Assembly (NCBI GenBank): GCA_963768055.1
Contig: CAVYGN010000001.1
Span: 416,001 to 480,000 of the forward strand
Length of the DNA stretch: 64,000 nt
Origin: an uncultured Spirochaetota bacterium
GTDB lineage: Bacteria; Spirochaetota; Brevinematia; Brevinematales; JAOACQ01
Direction of reading: 5' to 3'
Part shown: positions 58,440 to 64,000 of the stretch, piece after piece
How positions within the stretch are numbered: the first letter of the stretch is position 1
Layout of the letters: every line of letters begins with the position of its first letter
Notes under the pieces: model-generated
Database searches by the model: none
What the model was told of the DNA's origin: nothing
What the model saw: the letters and a program-made list of their open reading frames with translations, nothing else
Translations under genes and position numbers: made by a program

Positions 58440-58505
58440 GGGAAGATTTCTTCCCGCCGGGGCGGGATAAACCCTTACAGGATAAACCCTTCGGTCGAAA
58501 TGACA
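58440..58505. repeat. Right arm of the TGTCATTTCG repeat
   Basis: GGAAGATTTCT...GGTCGAAATGACA, with an internal GGATAAACCCTT duplication. Confidence 0.7.
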
Positions 58506-58531
58506 ATCGGTCCGGCAAAACAAGAGGAATT

Positions 58532-59758
58532 ATGCTGTTTTATATAAAACTCGGTCTTCGAAATCTGTCGAAGAATCTCAGGTGCTCGGTTAAAACGATT
58601 TTTACAATTGTGATCGGCATGAGCGCCTGTCTTCTTGCGCAGGGGTTTATGTCCCATACGCTCTGGGGCCTGCGGGAATCCCTGATAAACGGTGGAATGG
58701 GCCACTTTCAGCTTTACCGGAAGGGTTATCTTGAGCATAGTTACGAGGATCCCTATAAATATCTGATAAGCGATACGGAAGATGTTTTCAGGGAACTTGC
58801 CCGCATTCCCGGGATAAAGCTTTACGCCCCCCGCCTGAGTTTCCAGGGGATCGCCTCATCAGGAGAAAAAAGCGCTATCGTTTTAGGCACTGCGGGACTT
58901 CCCGGGAAAGAACAGGGCCTCAATGCTTTTTCAACGATGAAAGAAGGATCTTTCCTCAAAGATGAAATTCCCTACGGGGTTATAATCGGCAGCGGAGTAG
59001 CCAGGAAATTAAATACCCGGGTCGGAAATTCGATAACAGTAATGTCGGCCATGAAGGGCGGAGGGGTTAATGCCCTGGATTTGAATATTATAGGGGTCAT
59101 GGGGGCTCAGGTAAAGGCTTACGACGACGTCCTGATGCTTGCAAACCTTAAAACGATCCAGGGCCTGCTGAACTTGCCGGGCTCGGCCGACAGGATAATA
59201 GTGCTCCTCAGCAATACTGGGGACCTGGGGAAAATAGAACCGTCCATCAGGAAGCTCTGCGATAAAACGGGCCTGGAATATCGCGACTGGCGCCGGCTTG
59301 CCGGACTGCAGTACACCCAGCCCAAGTTATTTTACGATCTGGTATATATGCTCATGATGATGATCATTATCCTGGTCGTAGTTTTTTCGATCACCAATAC
59401 TTTAAACCTCTCGATGTACGAGAGGGTTCGTGAAATCGGCACTATCCGCTCGCTCGGGACTACGCGGTTCCAGGTTGGAAAAATATTCATTGCCGAAAGC
59501 TTTTTGATAGGCTTTATCGGAGGTTTTTTCGGCATTATCGCCGGCTATGGATTGTCTTTCATATTCAACGCTCTCGGAGGCATCCACATTCCGCCCCCTC
59601 CGGGACAGGCCAGGGGTTATACTGCGTTTTTTAAGCCGGATTTTGTTCAAGCCCTATGGCTGTGGCTGCTGTTTTCTATAACGGCGGCGGCGGGGGGATT
59701 TTACCCGGCATTCAGGGCCGCACGGCTTCAGATCGCCGACGCCCTGCGCTGGATATAA
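58532..59758 (+). CDS. ABC transporter permease (FtsX/LolE-like)
   Basis: LRNL.KN, ERVREIGTIRSLG, and C-terminal PAFRAARLQIADALR. Confidence 0.88.
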   Translation: MLFYIKLGLRNLSKNLRCSVKTIFTIVIGMSACLLAQGFMSHTLWGLRESLINGGMGHFQLYRKGYLEHSYEDPYKYLISDTEDVFRELARIPGIKLYAPRLSFQGIASSGEKSAIVLGTAGLPGKEQGLNAFSTMKEGSFLKDEIPYGVIIGSGVARKLNTRVGNSITVMSAMKGGGVNALDLNIIGVMGAQVKAYDDVLMLANLKTIQGLLNLPGSADRIIVLLSNTGDLGKIEPSIRKLCDKTGLEYRDWRRLAGLQYTQPKLFYDLVYMLMMMIIILVVVFSITNTLNLSMYERVREIGTIRSLGTTRFQVGKIFIAESFLIGFIGGFFGIIAGYGLSFIFNALGGIHIPPPPGQARGYTAFFKPDFVQALWLWLLFSITAAAGGFYPAFRAARLQIADALRWI

Positions 59759-59770
59759 GAGAGGTTTTGA

Positions 59771-60994
59771 GTGTTTTATTTAAAAGTCGGGTTCAGGAAT
59801 ATAATAAAAAATTTCAGGCGCTCTTTGATGACAATGATCTCGATTATCATCGGCATGACTGCATGCCTTTTGACTCATGGCTTCTTCAACTGGAACTCGA
59901 ACGAGCTTAAAGAATCAATGATACATAACGGGATAGGCCATTACCAGTTATATTCTAAAGGCTATTCAAAGTACGGCAGCGACGACCCCTTTAATTATCT
60001 CATCAGGGACTCCGATCAGATCTTAAAAGAAATCAGGAACATTCCCGGAGTTGAACTGGCTACAACCCGGATGGCCTTCAGCGGGATATTCTCTTCCGGT
60101 GAAAGATCGGCAGTGACTACGGGATTGGCCGGTAATCCCGAGTATGAGACAAGGCTCAATTCATATTCGGGCCTGATCGCCGGCACAAATTTAAGTTCCT
60201 CGAAGCCCAACGGTTTGATCATCGGAGACGGTCTGGCTAAAAAGCTTTCGGCAAAGATCGGCGATACTCTTACATTAATGGCTAACATGAAGGGGGGGGG
60301 GATAAACGCTTCGGATTTTGAGGTGACAGGCATTACTCATAGCGGTTTTGCCGATCTTGACGACCTGTCTGCAACAGCTGCTCTTGGAACGGTCCAGAAC
60401 CTCCTGAATATCGATCGAAGCGTCCAGAGGATCGTTGTCCTTTTAAAGAACACCTCGGATACTCAAAAGATCCTTCCTGAAATCGAGGAAATTTCAAAAA
60501 AATACAAACTGGAATATAAGGTATGGGAATCACTGGCTGAATTTTACCAGAGCGTAAAATTAATGTACAATGCCGTATTTATTATTATCATATTAATAGT
60601 GCTGGGGATTGTCACATTTACAATATCCAATACCGTCAACATGAATCTTTACGACAGGGTAAGGGAGATCGGGACGATCCGCGCCCTCGGGACCAGGAGA
60701 AGTCAGGTAGCCCGGATCTTCATAGCTGAAAGCTCTTTAACCGGCGTTATCGGCGGATTGATAGGGATTATAATAAGTTATATCTTTATCGGGTTTACAG
60801 AATTAATCGGCGGCCTGCCGGTGGCGATATCCGAAGGAGAGCAGCTGGTGGTTATACATGTCTTTTTCCATCCGGATTTGACGGCGATAGCCTTGACACT
60901 TTTGCTGTTCGTGCTTGTGGCTATGATAGCTTCCGTCAGCCCGGCAGGAAGGGCTTCGAGTATTTCGATCGCAGACGCGCTAAGATGGATATAA
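59771..60994 (+). CDS. ABC transporter permease (FtsX/LolE-like), paralog
   Basis: DRVREIGTIRALG and IADALRWI. Co-linear with the preceding gene. Confidence 0.88.
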   Translation: MFYLKVGFRNIIKNFRRSLMTMISIIIGMTACLLTHGFFNWNSNELKESMIHNGIGHYQLYSKGYSKYGSDDPFNYLIRDSDQILKEIRNIPGVELATTRMAFSGIFSSGERSAVTTGLAGNPEYETRLNSYSGLIAGTNLSSSKPNGLIIGDGLAKKLSAKIGDTLTLMANMKGGGINASDFEVTGITHSGFADLDDLSATAALGTVQNLLNIDRSVQRIVVLLKNTSDTQKILPEIEEISKKYKLEYKVWESLAEFYQSVKLMYNAVFIIIILIVLGIVTFTISNTVNMNLYDRVREIGTIRALGTRRSQVARIFIAESSLTGVIGGLIGIIISYIFIGFTELIGGLPVAISEGEQLVVIHVFFHPDLTAIALTLLLFVLVAMIASVSPAGRASSISIADALRWI

Positions 60995-60997
60995 CCG

Positions 60998-61333
60998 GAA
61001 CCACAGATTACACTGATTACACAGATACTATAGATGGCACAAGTAATGATTTCGGAAATATCTGTGAAATCATTTTATAATTTTAAATTGGATATTATGT
61101 TTATTGTATCTTGAAAAATATCTTTGCGGGATTATTATGATAGTTAAAACTTTTCCTTGAATAAACTAAATGGTATTATTTTTATCTCCATTCAAAAAAT
61201 CATCTCTATGGCACTTTGCGGTGAATCCCAAACCCTGTTATAATTTTATACTGATTTCACAGAAAATCTGCATATCATATATTACCTTTCAGTACCTCCC
61301 TTGCAGGTCTTAATCTGTGAAATCTGTGTTTTC
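60998..61333. repeat. AACCACAGAT-family element (copy D) with AT-rich non-coding interior
   Basis: Left GAACCACAGATTACACTGATTACACAGAT; right TTAATCTGTGAAATCTGTGTTTTC. Confidence 0.75.
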
Positions 61334-61350
61334 GAACTAGAGGTTTAATT

Positions 61351-62112
61351 ATGAAATTTTTAACAGCGATAATTTTTATTCTTTCGATATCCTCCGCGGG
61401 ATATTCCATAACGGCGGACGAGATTGTAAGTCAATTAGACAGCCGGAGTTCGATCACCAACGATTTTGAAATGACAATACGGGTAGAAAACTATAAAAAC
61501 GGCGTATTTGAGGATTCCACGGTAATGAAGGGTTATGTAAAGAACGGGAAAATGGTCCTGATCACCTATCTGGAACCGGCGAATATGAAAGGCAGGAAGA
61601 TCCTGATCCATGATAAGGATATCCGGATCGTAGTTCCGAATACGAAAAATCCCATACGGATAACGCCCTCTCAAAGGCTGATGGGGGGGGTGTCTTACGG
61701 GGACGTGGCAAGGGTAAGCTATGCGGAAGATTACAATGCAAAGCTCCGGGGAGAGGAGCCGGCCGAAGGGATGGAGCCTGACGGGAGTAAGTCGGACGCG
61801 AAACAATGTTATGCCCTTGAACTGTCGGCGAAGGACACGGGGGCGAATTATAATAAAATCGATATGTGGGTGGACGAGGATATGCTGCTTCCTGTCAAGG
61901 CCGATTTTTTCGCGCTGAGCGGAAAAAAAATGGCTACCGCATATTATACCGACCCGAAAGAATGGGATGGTAAAACCGTAATCACTAAAATATTCCTGTT
62001 TGACCGGATCATAACATCGAAATACTCATCCATGGAATATCTGGATATGAAAGAAACCGTTCTTTCGAACGATTCGGAAAATTTACAAAATGAAGGATCC
62101 CTTACAAATTAA
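61351..62112 (+). CDS. Outer-membrane lipoprotein-sorting protein (LolA-like)
   Basis: Signal peptide. EPANMKGRKIL, PIRITPSQRLMG..SYGD and YNKIDMWVD motifs. Confidence 0.8.
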   Translation: MKFLTAIIFILSISSAGYSITADEIVSQLDSRSSITNDFEMTIRVENYKNGVFEDSTVMKGYVKNGKMVLITYLEPANMKGRKILIHDKDIRIVVPNTKNPIRITPSQRLMGGVSYGDVARVSYAEDYNAKLRGEEPAEGMEPDGSKSDAKQCYALELSAKDTGANYNKIDMWVDEDMLLPVKADFFALSGKKMATAYYTDPKEWDGKTVITKIFLFDRIITSKYSSMEYLDMKETVLSNDSENLQNEGSLTN

Positions 62113-62393
62113 TAACGCTTAAAATTCATAATTTGCTATATTTTAGTCAAAGGTTTATAATGAATAACGTATTATAGCCCCTTAAATAAGGGTTAATATT
62201 TGGAAAAAAGATGCAAAAGTTTAACAAAAAAAAAGATTCTAATATTATTAAAAGAAATTTGAAATAGCATGTTGTTTTTATCAGTAAATAGTTATATTTT
62301 TGTATTTTTTCACATTTCGACATTAAAAAATAAAAATTTAATTAATTTTAATTGTTACGGGGATTTAAAAAAATCTTGAGCAAGCGGTTTATA

Positions 62394-63119
62394 ATGGGAA
62401 AAAAAATTGCATTGATTACAGGTGCAAGCCGCGGGATAGGTTCTTGTATTGCCCTGAAATTAGCTGAAGACGGATATTCTATATGGGCTAATTATAAGAA
62501 TAATCATTCCGCCGCAAACGAGCTGAAGAAAAAAGTCGAGGCGACCGGCATGGATTGCATCCTTCTGCCTTTCGATGTGTCTTCCGGTGCGGAAACGGAT
62601 AAATGTCTTCAACCCCTGCTGGAAAAGGAAGTTCCGGATGTATTGGTCAATAATGCGGGGTTTACGAGAGATTCCCTTCTGGTCTGGATGAAGGACGAGG
62701 ATTGGCAGGACGTGATAGATGTAACTCTTAAAGGTTATTTTAATGTTACGAGAAAAGTCATATTTCACATGCTTCAGAAACGGGAAGGGATTATTGTCAA
62801 TATATCCTCAACCGCCGGACAAAGCGGATTGCCCGGGCAGGGTAATTATTCGGCGGCAAAAGCGGGGATTATCGGCGCCAGCAAATCTTTGGCCCTGGAA
62901 GTGGCAGGCCGCGGCATCAGGGTTAATGTGGTAGCTCCTGGTTTCATTAAAACGGAGATGACTGAAAAACTGCCTGTAGATGAAATAATCAAAAGAGTGC
63001 CCATGAAAAGAATGGGCGATCCGGAAGAAGTGGCCTCGGTTGTTTCTTTTTTGTGCTCGCCGGGCGCATCATATATCACAGGGCAGGTTATCTCGGTAAA
63101 CGGCGGAATTTATGTATAG
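62394..63119 (+). CDS. fabG: 3-oxoacyl-ACP reductase
   Basis: [18 protein letters not shown] and VAPGFI motifs. Confidence 0.92.
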   Translation: MGKKIALITGASRGIGSCIALKLAEDGYSIWANYKNNHSAANELKKKVEATGMDCILLPFDVSSGAETDKCLQPLLEKEVPDVLVNNAGFTRDSLLVWMKDEDWQDVIDVTLKGYFNVTRKVIFHMLQKREGIIVNISSTAGQSGLPGQGNYSAAKAGIIGASKSLALEVAGRGIRVNVVAPGFIKTEMTEKLPVDEIIKRVPMKRMGDPEEVASVVSFLCSPGASYITGQVISVNGGIYV

Positions 63120-64000
63120 AGTGGCAATTGTCGGAATGGGTATCGTCTCGTCCCTTGGTTCCGATTATCAAACTGTAACCGATTCGCTACTCCGGGGTGT
63201 TTCCGGAATTATAATAGATCCGGAGAGGATCGAGCTTGGCTTTAGAAGCCCGCTTACCGGGAAGATCAAAGGATTTATCAGGCCGGATTTAAAGAATAAG
63301 CAGCTCAGGACACTTACCGAGGAAGCTCTGCAATCATACTCTTCTGCAATTCAGGCGATCGCTCAGGCGGGATGGAAAGATGAAGATATTATCAATCCCC
63401 AAACCGGATTGATACTGGGAAACGACAGCACGACGATCCCGATAACAGAATCGATAGAGATAACGAAAAACGAAAAAAGGACCCTTTCCATCGGGGCTAC
63501 TCGCGTTTTCATGTCCCTGAATTCGCATGTTACAATGAATTTAAACGCTCTTTTGCAGACACAGGGGGCGAGCTGGACAATCAGCGGCGCCTGCGCCAGC
63601 GGCGGGCATTCTATAGGCCAGTCTGCGGATCTTATAGCAAACGGCAGGCAGGAGAGGATACTTTGCGGCGGTGTCCAGGAGATAAATTGGCAGTCCGTAT
63701 GCAGTTTTGACGCTACGGAAGCATTTTCAATCAGGGTGGACGATCCTTCGGGAGCATCCCGGCCTTTTGATAAAGACAGGGACGGTTTGGTGCCCAGCGG
63801 AGGTTCGGCTATTGTAGCCCTTGAAAGGTTCGACCTTGCCGAGAAAAGAGGGGCGAATATACTTGGTGAAATTTTAGGGTATTCGTTTTCTTCAGACGGG
63901 TATAAATTATCCGTTCCTTCCGGTATCGGGTTGGAACGCTGTATAAAAGACGTTATTTCCCGTTCGGCGGTTAGAGCCGGAGATATCGATTATATTTCTG
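63112..64000 (+). CDS. Beta-ketoacyl-ACP synthase (FabB/FabF-like), truncated by window edge
   Basis: Not in the ORF track. Translates as [16 protein letters not shown]...[13 protein letters not shown]...[16 protein letters not shown]...SSDG. Confidence 0.9.
   Translation, partial: MYRVAIVGMGIVSSLGSDYQTVTDSLLRGVSGIIIDPERIELGFRSPLTGKIKGFIRPDLKNKQLRTLTEEALQSYSSAIQAIAQAGWKDEDIINPQTGLILGNDSTTIPITESIEITKNEKRTLSIGATRVFMSLNSHVTMNLNALLQTQGASWTISGACASGGHSIGQSADLIANGRQERILCGGVQEINWQSVCSFDATEAFSIRVDDPSGASRPFDKDRDGLVPSGGSAIVALERFDLAEKRGANILGEILGYSFSSDGYKLSVPSGIGLERCIKDVISRSAVRAGDIDYIS

Overview
A 64-kb bacterial chromosomal window, probably from a spirochaete. That assignment is inferred from three Borrelia-P13-like membrane paralogs and a LacI-sensor hybrid kinase. 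Left to right it contains: an M60 metallopeptidase, a methyltransferase and a GT39-type glycosyltransferase; an IS1380 remnant; two divergent ArsR units (Met-rich wHTH protein plus hydrolase; acr3/proC-like/arsC); an excisionase-HTH::degenerate ABC-ATPase fusion; livKHMGF; and a membrane-bound AraC regulator divergent from a serine hydrolase. Next come a phage-free holin / putative cell-wall enzyme / secreted glycoside hydrolase operon, an AbrB/MazE::FliG-C-like fusion, UvrD, endonuclease IV and GDP-heptose/glycosyltransferase genes. The right half holds GGDEF/PtsP signalling genes, rrf2-cysK-metY and a lipid/aryl-polyene-like cluster that runs off the right edge. Several families of interspersed palindromic repeats occur, some bracketing variable cargo. 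I saw no rRNA, tRNA or CRISPR array. The most striking candidates are (1) the holin operon, whose enzyme carries a 47-aa copy of the holin's own N-terminal domain, (2) the repeat-bracketed cargo elements, and (3) two unusual DNA-binding domain fusions. All family calls come from motif recognition by eye; no searches were run.
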